Virus record (IMG/VR): IMGVR_UViG_3300021961_000056
Source: a virus
Lineage: Duplodnaviria > Heunggongvirae > Uroviricota > Caudoviricetes
Reading direction: 5' to 3' (one strand)
DNA: 64,000 nt
The number at the start of each line of letters is the position of its first letter. Position 1 is the first letter of the stretch. Below, piece by piece: positions 18,573 to 27,964 of this stretch. Position numbers and translations under genes: made by a program. Under the pieces are notes generated by a model that was not told where the DNA came from, made no database searches, and saw only the letters and a program-made list of their open reading frames with translations.

Positions 18573-19259
18573 ATGTACTTGGCAAGTAAACTGCACAAGG
18601 AATTGAGACACCATTTCCCTGCTGATGAAATCATCGGGCAAGAAATGTCGTATGGTGCCATCACCAAACGTCTGAACAAAATTCTTCGTCCCCTAGGGGC
18701 CAAGCTTCGTGTGAAGCGAGACAAAGAATTAAAGGTGAAGCGTGGAAGTGTCAAGCAACCATATAATTTTTCTGGATATTTTGATACAGCTAAAAAGAAG
18801 AATGCCATTGTTTTAAATGTGCACTTCACGCCAGCCAGAAACACGTTTAAGTTCACACGATACAACTATTCTGGATTCATTTTCATGTTGTCTCAGATTG
18901 TACAACATGAATTCATCCATGAAAGTCAATTTGCTTTTCGTCCAGACCAAGCAGAACGAAAAGTAAAGGTGTTCCATTCAGATAAAATTTCTAAAAAACG
19001 GTTATCTGAAATTGAATATCTTCGTGAATGGTGTGAAATTGAAGCCTATGCGCATGATATTGCCATGGAAATCAATTACTACTATTCACACCTGAAGCCA
19101 TCCACCGTTATCAAGCACATAGACAAGCATAAGAAGCTCTACAGCTATATGTTCTATAAGCGTGCTTTTAAAGGAACAGATTGGACTCGCTTGAAAAAGT
19201 CTTTATTGCGTAAAATCTGGCGGTGGATCCCCTCAGCACAGGGCCCCATCGCCGTGTAA
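18573..19259 (+). CDS. hypothetical protein with HExxH motif (possible zinc metallopeptidase)
   Basis: 228 aa; QHEFIHESQ. Confidence 0.5.
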   Translation: MYLASKLHKELRHHFPADEIIGQEMSYGAITKRLNKILRPLGAKLRVKRDKELKVKRGSVKQPYNFSGYFDTAKKKNAIVLNVHFTPARNTFKFTRYNYSGFIFMLSQIVQHEFIHESQFAFRPDQAERKVKVFHSDKISKKRLSEIEYLREWCEIEAYAHDIAMEINYYYSHLKPSTVIKHIDKHKKLYSYMFYKRAFKGTDWTRLKKSLLRKIWRWIPSAQGPIAV

Positions 19260-19320
19260 GTTGTTGATTTGCAAGCACTTACAAGGGCTTGACAAACTGG
19301 CAAAATAGTGTTATATTTAA
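19254..19320 (+). promoter_or_regulatory. Stem-loop/promoter cassette copy 3: TTGACA(19289-19294)-17bp-TATATT(19312-19317)
   Basis: GTAAGTTGTTGATTTGCAAGCACTTAC hairpin (GTAAGT/ACTTAC) plus exact -35/-10. Confidence 0.7.
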
Positions 19321-19367
19321 TATAGGGGAGAGAATGCTCCTCACTAACAATCACGGGGGATACGGGT

Positions 19368-19559
19368 ATGTCTGAAAATTCGATGGACCTTCTTGGAATG
19401 GCCAAGGGGTTGGTGGAAGGATCTTTAAGAACGTGGGCAGATGTGGATTTAGATGAACAGGAATATCTAGACCGTCTGGCCACTTTTGGTGAAGGCTTCC
19501 ATGACTTCTTGCAAATTCAAGATATGGGAAATGGTAAAATTGATGGAGCAGGTGCTTGA
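19368..19559 (+). CDS. hypothetical protein
   Basis: 63-aa ORF downstream of cassette 3; its stop lies inside the next -35 box. Confidence 0.4.
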   Translation: MSENSMDLLGMAKGLVEGSLRTWADVDLDEQEYLDRLATFGEGFHDFLQIQDMGNGKIDGAGA

Positions 19560-19584
19560 CATTTGGTTGCAGGTGTGTTAGAAT
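19556..19584 (+). promoter_or_regulatory. sigma70-like promoter TTGACA-17bp-TAGAAT
   Basis: TTGACA 19556-19561, TAGAAT 19579-19584. Confidence 0.5.
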
Positions 19585-19632
19585 TAAGATGTAGGTGAGC
19601 AGTCAAACTTCTTTCTCATTGGAGGCTGTATT

Positions 19633-19950
19633 ATGCGTAATTCTGACAAGGTTTCTTTCGTTTGTTTCACTAACGGCGGGTCGCGTACTAATGGCAAGAC
19701 CATTGGCACCAAGATTCGGTTCACTAATGACCGTACTCGCTACACCAAGGCTCTTGGTAAGCTCGGCGTCACCTCAGTGGTTTGGGTTGACCTTCCGAAT
19801 GCCATGACCAAGTCGCAAGCCATTGACTATCTTCGTGCATCTTCTGATGCCACGATTTCGGAGCAGGCATATCAGGATGCCATTGCATCTGCGGCTCGCC
19901 GTCTCCGCCCTGCTAGCAAGGGTGTCAAGACTGTAAAGAAGGGTAAGTAA
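19633..19950 (+). CDS. hypothetical protein (GC-rich, ~50%)
   Basis: 105 aa; RBS GGAGG; followed by strong hairpin terminator. Confidence 0.5.
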   Translation: MRNSDKVSFVCFTNGGSRTNGKTIGTKIRFTNDRTRYTKALGKLGVTSVVWVDLPNAMTKSQAIDYLRASSDATISEQAYQDAIASAARRLRPASKGVKTVKKGK

Positions 19951-19959
19951 GTAATAAAT

Positions 19960-19995
19960 GGAGCGCACGGTTTCACGCCCGCCGTGCGCTCCTTC
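19960..19995 (+). terminator. intrinsic terminator-like hairpin GGAGCGCACGG-11nt-CCGTGCGCTCC
   Basis: Perfect 11-bp GC-rich stem (19960-19970/19982-19992) followed by TTCATT. Confidence 0.65.
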
Positions 19996-20025
19996 ATTGA
20001 AAAGGGCGACATAAGGAGATATACT

Positions 20026-20268
20026 ATGTCACAGAATGACCGTCTTGTTCGTTACCTCTCAACTGGTCGTACCATCAGCGTTGCTCAGGCTCGGAGCCGT
20101 TTCGGCATCCGTAACCTTCGCGCCCGCGTGAACGACCTTCGTTCTGAGGGTTTCTGCGTGTACACCAATCGTGGTGAGACCACGACCTATCGTATGGGTC
20201 GTCCTTCACGCGCCATCGTTGCTGCTGCCTACCAGACTGCTGGTAGCCGTATCTTCGGCGGTAACTAA
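20026..20268 (+). CDS. small basic protein, possible winged-helix/HTH DNA-binding
   Basis: 80 aa from ATG 20026 with RBS AAGGAG; Arg-rich LVRYLSTGRTISVAQARSRFGIRNLRARVNDLRSEGF. Confidence 0.45.
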   Translation: MSQNDRLVRYLSTGRTISVAQARSRFGIRNLRARVNDLRSEGFCVYTNRGETTTYRMGRPSRAIVAAAYQTAGSRIFGGN

Positions 20269-20290
20269 CACCTGACAGGGGGAGATAATC

Positions 20291-20605
20291 ATGGAGTGGT
20301 ATCATTATGGCATCGCTGTAGTGTTCGTTCTTATGGTTATCTCCCCTGTTTGGTTTTTTCGTAAAGTAGAAAAGGTGTTGTTTGATGCACCTGAGCCAGA
20401 GCTACACGTTCAATTCATTAATCCCAATCAAGTTATTCAACCTGAGGAATCAATGGATCTTCTGAGTCGTGATGAAAAGATTCTAGAAAATTTAAACAAG
20501 ATGATTAAGACTTCTAGAAAGAAGCATGTGAAGCAGATGTGGAAAATCAAGAAGGCGGAGTTTGAGCGAAAGCTTCATTGGCAAAGGACGAGCCATGTCT
20601 CATAA
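20291..20605 (+). CDS. membrane-anchored hypothetical protein
   Basis: N-terminal TM (GIAVVFVLMVISPVWFF). Confidence 0.45.
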   Translation: MEWYHYGIAVVFVLMVISPVWFFRKVEKVLFDAPEPELHVQFINPNQVIQPEESMDLLSRDEKILENLNKMIKTSRKKHVKQMWKIKKAEFERKLHWQRTSHVS

Positions 20606-20909
20606 ACCCACTTTGGAACTGCTTCGAAAGTTGGCTGAGCTTCGTTCCGAGTCTTATGAAATCAATTGGGAAGAATGGGAGCAATACGAGGATATGATGG
20701 ACATTGAAGCCTCAGTAGAGCATGGCATTGAAGATTACGAAAAGAAGTTTTATGCCATTGCCGATGAAATGGAACCCTATGGCGAGGAACAGGACGAGGA
20801 AAAGGTGTCGGAACTAGAAGAAATCATTGACACTCTCATCTCTTCCTACGTGGTGAAAGCCATGTTTGCCAAGAAACGTGCCATTGAGGAGCTTATTTCT
20901 TCCGTTTGA
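20595..20909 (+). CDS. acidic hypothetical protein
   Basis: ATG 20595 chosen over 20562 to minimise overlap; Glu/Asp-rich. Confidence 0.4.
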   Translation: MSHKPTLELLRKLAELRSESYEINWEEWEQYEDMMDIEASVEHGIEDYEKKFYAIADEMEPYGEEQDEEKVSELEEIIDTLISSYVVKAMFAKKRAIEELISSV

Positions 20910-20942
20910 ACATAAATAGTAGAAACCACATCTTGGACTACT

Positions 20943-22724
20943 ATGGCTGGTAAATCAGATAAAAACACACATTTAGAACACCTAGAAGATGACATCATCA
21001 ATCTAGGATATAAAGGCGCCCAACAATCCATAGCGTTTGTTGAGGCGCTTTTTAACTTGTTTCAAGGAAAAAACAATAGAAAATTGAACATCACCGTGAA
21101 GTGGGACGGCGCTCCTGCTGTGGTGTGTGGAAAAGACCCAGAAACTGGAATGTTCTTTGTGGCTACCAAACATGGTGCTTTTGCCAAAGACATGAAGCTA
21201 GGGTTCACAGAAGAACTCATTGACTTCTATTACAGTGGTGGCCCTGCTGATGTGTTGAAAACGGTGTTCAGAGAGCTGAAGGATCTCCCATTCACTGATG
21301 TGTTGCAAGGGGATGTGATGTTCACACCAGCCATTAAGAAAACCACACAAATTGACGGCAAAGAATACATCACTTTCAAGCCTAACACCATCATGTATGC
21401 CGTTCTCCCAACAGATCCAATGGGGAAAAATATACAGGAATCCAATCTTGGAATAGTGTTCCATACTAAATATTCTGGAAGGGGAGCCGTCAATCAAATG
21501 TCTGCTTCCTTTGGTGTTAATGTCAGTAAGCTAAAATCTAAAACAGCTTGGATTCAGGATGCGTCATATCAGGATATGTCTGGTAAAATGACGTTGACAG
21601 CCCAAGAAACCAGAACGGTTAGTTCACATATTGCTTCTGCCAAAACTAACGCCACCTCTGCGAGAAAGTTTCTAGATGAATTGGCAACACAAACAATTGA
21701 TTTAACCGTGGGTTATATGTTCAAGATTTTCGTGAACAGATTGGTGCGGGAAGGCACTCCTATCAATGAGCGCTCTCTCGCCGGTTTAGAATCATTTGTC
21801 ATTGATAGAGTTGCCAAGAAAGAAGCAGGGATGAAAACGGCGGCAGGACAACAGAAGTATGCAGGATTGAAAAAAGAATTACAAAAATATATTCGTGATA
21901 ACAGTGTTAACTTTCGTTCCATGTTCAAGTTGTATTCCGACTTGTTGATTGTGAAAAATATTTTTGTGAAGAAGTTGAATGAGGCTCAAGGCATTCCCAC
22001 CTTCATTGAAACACCTGAAGGATTTCGTGTCACAGACCCAGAAGGATATGTGGCAATTGATAAAACAGGAAATGCCGTGAAGTTGGTGAACAGAATGGAG
22101 TTCTCACAAGCCAACTTCAATGCTGTGAAAGATTGGAGCAAGACACCAGTAGGACCCACAGAGTTGGGAACAGAAATGAAAACGTTGGTGTTCTCTTGGG
22201 GGCGGTTAAATCCTCCTACAATAGGACACAAGAAGTTGGTTGATAAAGTATTAAGTGTTGCCAAGGCAAAGAAGGCGGATCATGCTGTGTTGTTGACACG
22301 AACACAAAAGGCACCTAAGGATCCTTTATCACCTGATGATAAGTTGATGTTTGCAGAAAAGATGTTCTCAAATGCTAATGTCATGATTGCCACACAACAA
22401 TTGAATACAATATTTGCTTGGTTGAAACATTGGAACGGACAATATGATAAAGTAGTATTGATATGTGGATCTGACCGTGTACCTGAATTTCAAAAACTGA
22501 TTAATACATATAACGGAAAAGATTACACATATAAAGCAGTGGAAGTGATATCAGCAGGTGAGCGAGATCCAGATTCTGACGGCGTAACAGGAATGTCTGC
22601 AAGTAAACTTCGTGGATATGCACAAGCAGGAGATTACAAGAATTTTCGAAAGGGATTACCTAGCACATTTAGCGAAGCAGACGCCAAGGCACTTTATCAA
22701 GCAGTCATTCAAGGGATGAATTAA
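20943..22724 (+). CDS. two-domain protein: unknown N-terminal domain (weak KxDG ligase-like motif) fused to C-terminal HxGH nucleotidyl(adenylyl)transferase (NMNAT/PPAT-like)
   Basis: C-terminal FSWGRLNPPTIGH (GRFxPxHxGH) and GMSASKLR (ISSTxxR-like); N-terminal KWDGAP, EGFRVT. Confidence 0.6.
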   Translation: MAGKSDKNTHLEHLEDDIINLGYKGAQQSIAFVEALFNLFQGKNNRKLNITVKWDGAPAVVCGKDPETGMFFVATKHGAFAKDMKLGFTEELIDFYYSGGPADVLKTVFRELKDLPFTDVLQGDVMFTPAIKKTTQIDGKEYITFKPNTIMYAVLPTDPMGKNIQESNLGIVFHTKYSGRGAVNQMSASFGVNVSKLKSKTAWIQDASYQDMSGKMTLTAQETRTVSSHIASAKTNATSARKFLDELATQTIDLTVGYMFKIFVNRLVREGTPINERSLAGLESFVIDRVAKKEAGMKTAAGQQKYAGLKKELQKYIRDNSVNFRSMFKLYSDLLIVKNIFVKKLNEAQGIPTFIETPEGFRVTDPEGYVAIDKTGNAVKLVNRMEFSQANFNAVKDWSKTPVGPTELGTEMKTLVFSWGRLNPPTIGHKKLVDKVLSVAKAKKADHAVLLTRTQKAPKDPLSPDDKLMFAEKMFSNANVMIATQQLNTIFAWLKHWNGQYDKVVLICGSDRVPEFQKLINTYNGKDYTYKAVEVISAGERDPDSDGVTGMSASKLRGYAQAGDYKNFRKGLPSTFSEADAKALYQAVIQGMN

Positions 22725-22763
22725 TGGCACAATATATCAAGTTAACTTAAACCGAGGATACCA

Positions 22764-23363
22764 ATGGATATTCAAAAGCTCAAAGGTCATATACCTGACA
22801 CAGTTATCGCACAAATTCCTGAAGTCATGGAGAAGTTTCAAATCAATACACCTCTCCGTTTATGTCATTTCTTGGCACAATGTGGCCATGAATCAGGCAA
22901 CTTCAAGGCAGTCAATGAAAATCTTAACTATGGCGCCAAGGGCTTGTTAGGATTGTTCAAGAAGTATTTCCCAACAGAAGCCAAGGCATTAGAATACGAA
23001 CGCAAGCCAGAAAAGATTGCCAACCTCATCTACGGTGGACGCATGGGTAATGGTCCAGAAGCCTCAGGTGAAGGATACAAGTATCGTGGTCGTGGATACA
23101 TTCAATTGACTGGCAAGGACAACTATGGTGCCTTTGACAAAGTGGTACCAGAAAACATTCTTGAAACACCTGATTTAGTTGCCACCAAGTACCCACTTCT
23201 TTCAGCTGCTTGGTATTGGAACTCACGTAGCTTGAATGCTCTTGCTGACAAGGGTGCATCTGAACTAGAAGTCACAGCCATCACCAAGAAGGTGAACGGT
23301 GGTACCATTGGCTTGACAGATAGAATCAAGCACTTCAATGAATTCTACGCTCTGTTCAAGTAA
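22764..23363 (+). CDS. endolysin, glycoside hydrolase family 19 (chitinase-like lysozyme)
   Basis: LCHFLAQCGHESGNF...YKYRGRGYIQLTGKDNY matches GH19 catalytic blocks. Confidence 0.8.
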   Translation: MDIQKLKGHIPDTVIAQIPEVMEKFQINTPLRLCHFLAQCGHESGNFKAVNENLNYGAKGLLGLFKKYFPTEAKALEYERKPEKIANLIYGGRMGNGPEASGEGYKYRGRGYIQLTGKDNYGAFDKVVPENILETPDLVATKYPLLSAAWYWNSRSLNALADKGASELEVTAITKKVNGGTIGLTDRIKHFNEFYALFK

Positions 23364-23386
23364 TAAATAGATAGAAAGGAGATGTT

Positions 23387-23983
23387 ATGAGATTGAAACT
23401 TCTTGGATTACTATTATCATTTGCAGGTGTATTATACTGGCAAGACGCTAAAAGCGACGATGCCATGGACAAGTACATCTCGGACTACAAGAAGTTTCAA
23501 GCTCAAGCAGATTCGGCATCAAGATTTGCAGATAGTTTGGCAGTAGAAATTAACATAGCAGAAAATGAAGCACGTGCTGCTGAAGGACGTGCTTCCATCT
23601 ACAAGAAGCAAGTAGTTGAAACTCGGAATGAAACCATGAGCATGGTGAGCCGAGCACAAGAGTTGTCGGAGACTATCACGGACACATTAGAACTAGCACG
23701 CACAATACTTCCGTTAAAAGATTCCATTATCACAACACAAGAAACAACCATTTCTACACAAGATAAACAAATATCCGAATTAGAATCTGCATTAAAAAGT
23801 AAAGATACAGCAATAGCACTACTTACACTTTCCCGTGATAGTCTCCAAACTGTTGTGAAGAACATTCCTCCTGCTCCAAAGAATCCTAACAGAATGTTTG
23901 GCTTCAAGTTGCCAAGTAGAAAGACCACGTTTGTTGTAGGTGTTGTAGCCGGTGTTGTTCTTGGCGGCGTAGTATTGAAATGA
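23387..23983 (+). CDS. membrane/coiled-coil protein downstream of endolysin (possible spanin/holin-associated)
   Basis: N-terminal hydrophobic segment, central coiled coil, C-terminal TM (VVGVVAGVVLGGVVL). Confidence 0.45.
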   Translation: MRLKLLGLLLSFAGVLYWQDAKSDDAMDKYISDYKKFQAQADSASRFADSLAVEINIAENEARAAEGRASIYKKQVVETRNETMSMVSRAQELSETITDTLELARTILPLKDSIITTQETTISTQDKQISELESALKSKDTAIALLTLSRDSLQTVVKNIPPAPKNPNRMFGFKLPSRKTTFVVGVVAGVVLGGVVLK

Positions 23984-25053
23984 ACGAAGATTTACGCAAG
24001 TGGTTCCGAGAAAAGTGGGTAAACATCGCCAAGAAAAAGAAAAACGGTGGGTATGAACCATGTGGAACCTCAGGTGAGAAAAAAGGATATGCCAAGTGCG
24101 TGCCTGCTGCCAAGGCAGCTAGCATGAGCAAAGGTGAAATTAAATCAGCAGTTCGCAGAAAGCGTGCAGCACAATCAGCAGCAGGACGCCCAGGTAAAGA
24201 CCAACCAGGTCAAGGCAACAAACCCATCATGGTGAAAACTATGAAAGAAGAACAACTTCAAGAAAAAAACAAACCCACCAACCCGAAACTTTGGGCCCGT
24301 GCCAAGTCCATGGCTCGTTCCAAGTTTGATGTATACCCCAGCGCCTATGCCAATGGTTGGGCTGCTAAATGGTATCGTAGCAAAGGTGGTGGTTGGAGAA
24401 GCACCAATGAAGGCAAAGGTCCTTGCTGGGATGGATACAAGCAAGAAGGCATGAAGAAGAAGGGCGACAGAATGGTTCCCAATTGTGTTCCTGTAAGTGA
24501 AGAACTTGGCAAGGACAATGAATGGGGTACTCCTGAACTGACACGAAAAATGTTAGCTGCTACACCTGGTCAAGAACATGCTGACATCCCACCTGTGAAG
24601 ATGAAAAGTTTAAAAGAATTCTGGATGATGTGTGATACATTAGCCAAGTATGATAACACCGTGAAGGTGGGTACAGAAGAAGAACAAGAAGAAATGGATG
24701 AATCTGTATTGATGGAAAAAGGATTAACACCTGGTGGTAGACTTAAAAAGAAATTGTCTGCCATTCGCTCTCGTCAAAAAAGAAAATTAGCCAAGGGTAT
24801 GGCCCTTAGAAGAACAGCATCACCTGCACGTATTGAAAAACGTGCAAAACTGGCTGCTCGAAGATTAGCATATAAAAGAGTGCTTCGTGGTAGAAACAAA
24901 AGCTCATTGTCAGCTGCTGAAAAATCTAGCATTGAAGCTGTTATGAAACGTGCTCCTATTCAAGCAGCCATTAAACGTGCTGTTGTTCGTTTAAAGCCAC
25001 AATATCGTAGTTTGGAAACTAAACGCATGGCTCGTAGCCGTCGGAGAAAATAA
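23980..25053 (+). CDS. basic Lys/Arg-rich protein (possible internal virion protein)
   Basis: 357 aa, strongly basic low-complexity C-terminus. Confidence 0.5.
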   Translation: MNEDLRKWFREKWVNIAKKKKNGGYEPCGTSGEKKGYAKCVPAAKAASMSKGEIKSAVRRKRAAQSAAGRPGKDQPGQGNKPIMVKTMKEEQLQEKNKPTNPKLWARAKSMARSKFDVYPSAYANGWAAKWYRSKGGGWRSTNEGKGPCWDGYKQEGMKKKGDRMVPNCVPVSEELGKDNEWGTPELTRKMLAATPGQEHADIPPVKMKSLKEFWMMCDTLAKYDNTVKVGTEEEQEEMDESVLMEKGLTPGGRLKKKLSAIRSRQKRKLAKGMALRRTASPARIEKRAKLAARRLAYKRVLRGRNKSSLSAAEKSSIEAVMKRAPIQAAIKRAVVRLKPQYRSLETKRMARSRRRK

Positions 25054-25358
25054 TGCTTTCATTTCTAGAATTCATTGCTGAAGCAGCTCCTGCCTGGCAG
25101 CGCAAAGAAGGCAAGAGCGAAGCTGGGGGATTGAATCGTAAAGGCATTGCCTCATATCGCAGAGCCAATCCTGGCAGCAAGTTGTCCATGGCTGTCACCA
25201 CAAAACCATCCAAGTTGAAGAAGGGCAGCAAGGCGGCAAATCGTAGAAAATCATTCTGTGCTCGTATGGGAGGCATGAAAAAACGATTAACTTCAGCCAA
25301 AACAGCACGGGATCCTGATTCACGCATCAATAAAGCCCTGCGTAAATGGAATTGTTAA
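25053..25358 (+). CDS. small basic protein
   Basis: 101 aa, Lys/Arg-rich. Confidence 0.45.
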   Translation: MLSFLEFIAEAAPAWQRKEGKSEAGGLNRKGIASYRRANPGSKLSMAVTTKPSKLKKGSKAANRRKSFCARMGGMKKRLTSAKTARDPDSRINKALRKWNC

Positions 25359-25369
25359 TGGTGTATTCT

Positions 25370-25377
25370 TATAAATA
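25370..25377 (+). promoter_or_regulatory. T4-late-promoter-like TATAAATA box
   Basis: Exact TATAAATA 27 nt upstream of ATG 25404. Confidence 0.3.
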
Positions 25378-25403
25378 ATAGAAACACCTTCACCAAAAAC
25401 ATC

Positions 25404-25982
25404 ATGGACGTTCGAGAAAAACAAATTGAGACTTTGGTACGACTAGGCTTAATGCCTGTCCAATATCTACCATTTCTACAAATGGCATTGAATGGTATTG
25501 GCTCAGATGCATTTTTGCCTTTGAATCAACGCCGAGTCTTTTATGACTTTGTACAAAAGCTCATGAATTTAACTTTGAACGATGAAATGATGTATCGCCT
25601 TTTACGCCAGAGAGTTGCCATGACGAAATTCGAAGAATTCAATCCCATCTCCGAAGAAGAAATTGATTTGAAACGTACTCCTGAAGGGATGCTAGACCAA
25701 CTAGCATCTGCCACAAAGAGTAAGAAAAAGGCTGGTGGGCATACTTCGGCAGCAGAAAAGCGTTTATCATCACGCGCCAAGGCAGAACTGCGTCGCCGTC
25801 GAGACAACAAGAAAGGTCGTGAAGAATACAAGAGCATGAAAGAATCTAACAATGGTGCATATGAACATGCTTTCTTAACTGTTCTCGCTTCCTATAATGT
25901 CACTAAGATATCAGAATTGCCACAAGAAAACGTTAAAGAATTTTTCAATAAAGTCGAACAACTCTATAATTCAGGAGAATAA
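25404..25982 (+). CDS. basic hypothetical protein
   Basis: 192 aa. Confidence 0.5.
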   Translation: MDVREKQIETLVRLGLMPVQYLPFLQMALNGIGSDAFLPLNQRRVFYDFVQKLMNLTLNDEMMYRLLRQRVAMTKFEEFNPISEEEIDLKRTPEGMLDQLASATKSKKKAGGHTSAAEKRLSSRAKAELRRRRDNKKGREEYKSMKESNNGAYEHAFLTVLASYNVTKISELPQENVKEFFNKVEQLYNSGE

Positions 25983-25984
25983 CT

Positions 25985-26779
25985 ATGTCAGGATGGGGTA
26001 AAAAGGATAAAAAGACTGCTCAAGGCACTCTTTCAATCGTATCAAACGGAACAGTAACTGGTAACAGCACATTGTTTACTACACAAGCTGCTGTAGGTGA
26101 CTTTGTTTCAGTAAATTTAGTCGGTGGCGGCGCCACAGCAAACGCCATTGTAGAATGGGTGATTACTGCAATTGCATCTAACACCTCCATGACTGTGGCT
26201 CCAGCTAACACAGGCATGGCAGCAACATATACAGCAGCATATGCCGATTTCGTAACATTCGGCACTCAAGGTTTCACAGTAAGTGAAAAGCCACTATATC
26301 TTACATATGGTGATAGCACCGATGTGAAGACCACAGATGTATATGGTGTAGATAACACAGAAATTGCAGTTTCTGCCAACGGTGATCCTGCACAAGTAGG
26401 TTGGGTTCACCAACGCACTGTAAAGACTGGCCAAATTGCTGCCGTAGATAACGTAGGTGCAGCTGATGGTGACCGTAAGTCAGGCGTCTATCTTGTAGCT
26501 GGTACTACTGATGGTTCAGGCACAGGTCATTTGTTCCGCATCACAGTATCAGCAGCAGGTGCTGCTTCAATTGAAATTGTACAACAAGGTGCAGGACACG
26601 CTGATAACGACACCATCACAGTTGCAGATTCATTGTTAGGTAATGGTGGCGCAGCCGACCTTACATTCCAAGTGAATGGTGTTTCATCAAAGAAGCGTTG
26701 GGAAACATTAGTAGCTATTGCTGATAGCTCAGCAGCATCAATGAGTGATGCTGAAGATGCTGTATTCGCTGACTCATAA
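25985..26779 (+). CDS. putative virion structural protein (Thr/Ala/Gly-rich beta-type)
   Basis: 264 aa, composition typical of phage fiber/decoration proteins. Confidence 0.5.
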   Translation: MSGWGKKDKKTAQGTLSIVSNGTVTGNSTLFTTQAAVGDFVSVNLVGGGATANAIVEWVITAIASNTSMTVAPANTGMAATYTAAYADFVTFGTQGFTVSEKPLYLTYGDSTDVKTTDVYGVDNTEIAVSANGDPAQVGWVHQRTVKTGQIAAVDNVGAADGDRKSGVYLVAGTTDGSGTGHLFRITVSAAGAASIEIVQQGAGHADNDTITVADSLLGNGGAADLTFQVNGVSSKKRWETLVAIADSSAASMSDAEDAVFADS

Positions 26780-26791
26780 TCGGATTAACTC

Positions 26792-27241
26792 ATGGCAGAT
26801 AGTAAAGTTTCTGAATTGACCGCAGCCACGTCCGTCAACTCGGCGGACGTGCTGTATCTTATCCAATCAAGCACGGATAAGAAAGTTAGCATGTCCACAT
26901 TGTTGGCTAATCTTCCTGCTACACTTACTAAGTTTTCTGGATTGATTGCTTTAAGTTTAAATAGTGCACAATCCATTATAGGTTCTGGCACCATTAACTC
27001 CACAACATTCATGACCACCATCAGCAACGCCGCAGGTTCATATGCGTTAACTGTTGCTGATGGTACATATGTAGGACAATTGAAACTCATCATGTGTACT
27101 GCTGCTTCTGGCACATCTACAATCTCAGGAGGATTGAAAGGTTGTACAGCAGCATTCACAGAAACTGGTCATACTTTGTTGTTGGTTTGGTATGACAATG
27201 ATTGGTGGCCAATTGGAGGCACTGCAACACTAACCTTCTAA
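26792..27241 (+). CDS. putative structural protein
   Basis: 149 aa, Ser/Thr/Ala-rich. Confidence 0.45.
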   Translation: MADSKVSELTAATSVNSADVLYLIQSSTDKKVSMSTLLANLPATLTKFSGLIALSLNSAQSIIGSGTINSTTFMTTISNAAGSYALTVADGTYVGQLKLIMCTAASGTSTISGGLKGCTAAFTETGHTLLLVWYDNDWWPIGGTATLTF

Positions 27242-27244
27242 ATT

Positions 27245-27625
27245 ATGCCTATTGAATTGACGCAGGATACATTTTTATTATATGCAGCACAGCATTACAA
27301 CAACACTACTTGTATATCGTTGAAAGAATTTGAAAGTGATTTGAAACGTTTCAAATACATTAAACGATTACTGAAACGATACAAGAAGAATGGGGTGTTA
27401 AGTGAACGTTTAATTTTAAATCACTTGATATTGCTACATAATGTGTTTTCTGATGCATTAATTCCCATGTTGTTCATGAAGTTTGAACCTGAATACTGGT
27501 CGGAAGTGAAAACATTTCTGGTGTTTTTAAATTATCTTCCAGAACAGTATCAAATAAATAAATCAGTGAATGAAACTGATGTCCCGTTAGAAGGACAAAT
27601 CATTCAGAGGTTGAGAAAGATATGA
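27245..27625 (+). CDS. hypothetical protein (AT-rich)
   Basis: 126-aa ORF. Confidence 0.45.
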   Translation: MPIELTQDTFLLYAAQHYNNTTCISLKEFESDLKRFKYIKRLLKRYKKNGVLSERLILNHLILLHNVFSDALIPMLFMKFEPEYWSEVKTFLVFLNYLPEQYQINKSVNETDVPLEGQIIQRLRKI

Positions 27626-27754
27626 AAACGTTCAAGCAATTTTCAGAAGAAATGGCAGCTAATAGTGTGGCAGGTGGTGGTGTTGCCACGTATGACCCTG
27701 TTATGAAGTTTAAGATGTTTAGACGAAAGAAAAAAGCCTAACAAGGAGACACAT

Positions 27755-27961
27755 ATGATGTGGTTTGCATTTGCACTTATTTTAGCTGTTGTAGGATATT
27801 TTTCATGGAAGAGCATGGAAGCTCCTGCTCCTCTCATCAAGAAGCCAGAAGCTCCAAAGCCCATGGAAGTGGTGAAGCCTGAACCTGCTGCGGAAGCTCC
27901 TAAGCCAGCAACCAAAAAACCAAAGAAGAAATATGGCGGTAAGGTTAAAAAGGTTAAGTAA
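27755..27961 (+). CDS. small membrane protein with Pro/Lys-rich tail
   Basis: 68 aa, N-terminal TM. Confidence 0.4.
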   Translation: MMWFAFALILAVVGYFSWKSMEAPAPLIKKPEAPKPMEVVKPEPAAEAPKPATKKPKKKYGGKVKKVK

Positions 27962-27964
27962 TCT

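Noticed and set aside
23980-25982. Assigning the basic proteins as specific T4 internal proteins (IPI/II/III) or histone-like proteins
   Set aside because: Only composition (Lys/Arg-rich, low complexity) supports this. No recognisable sequence similarity could be established by eye.
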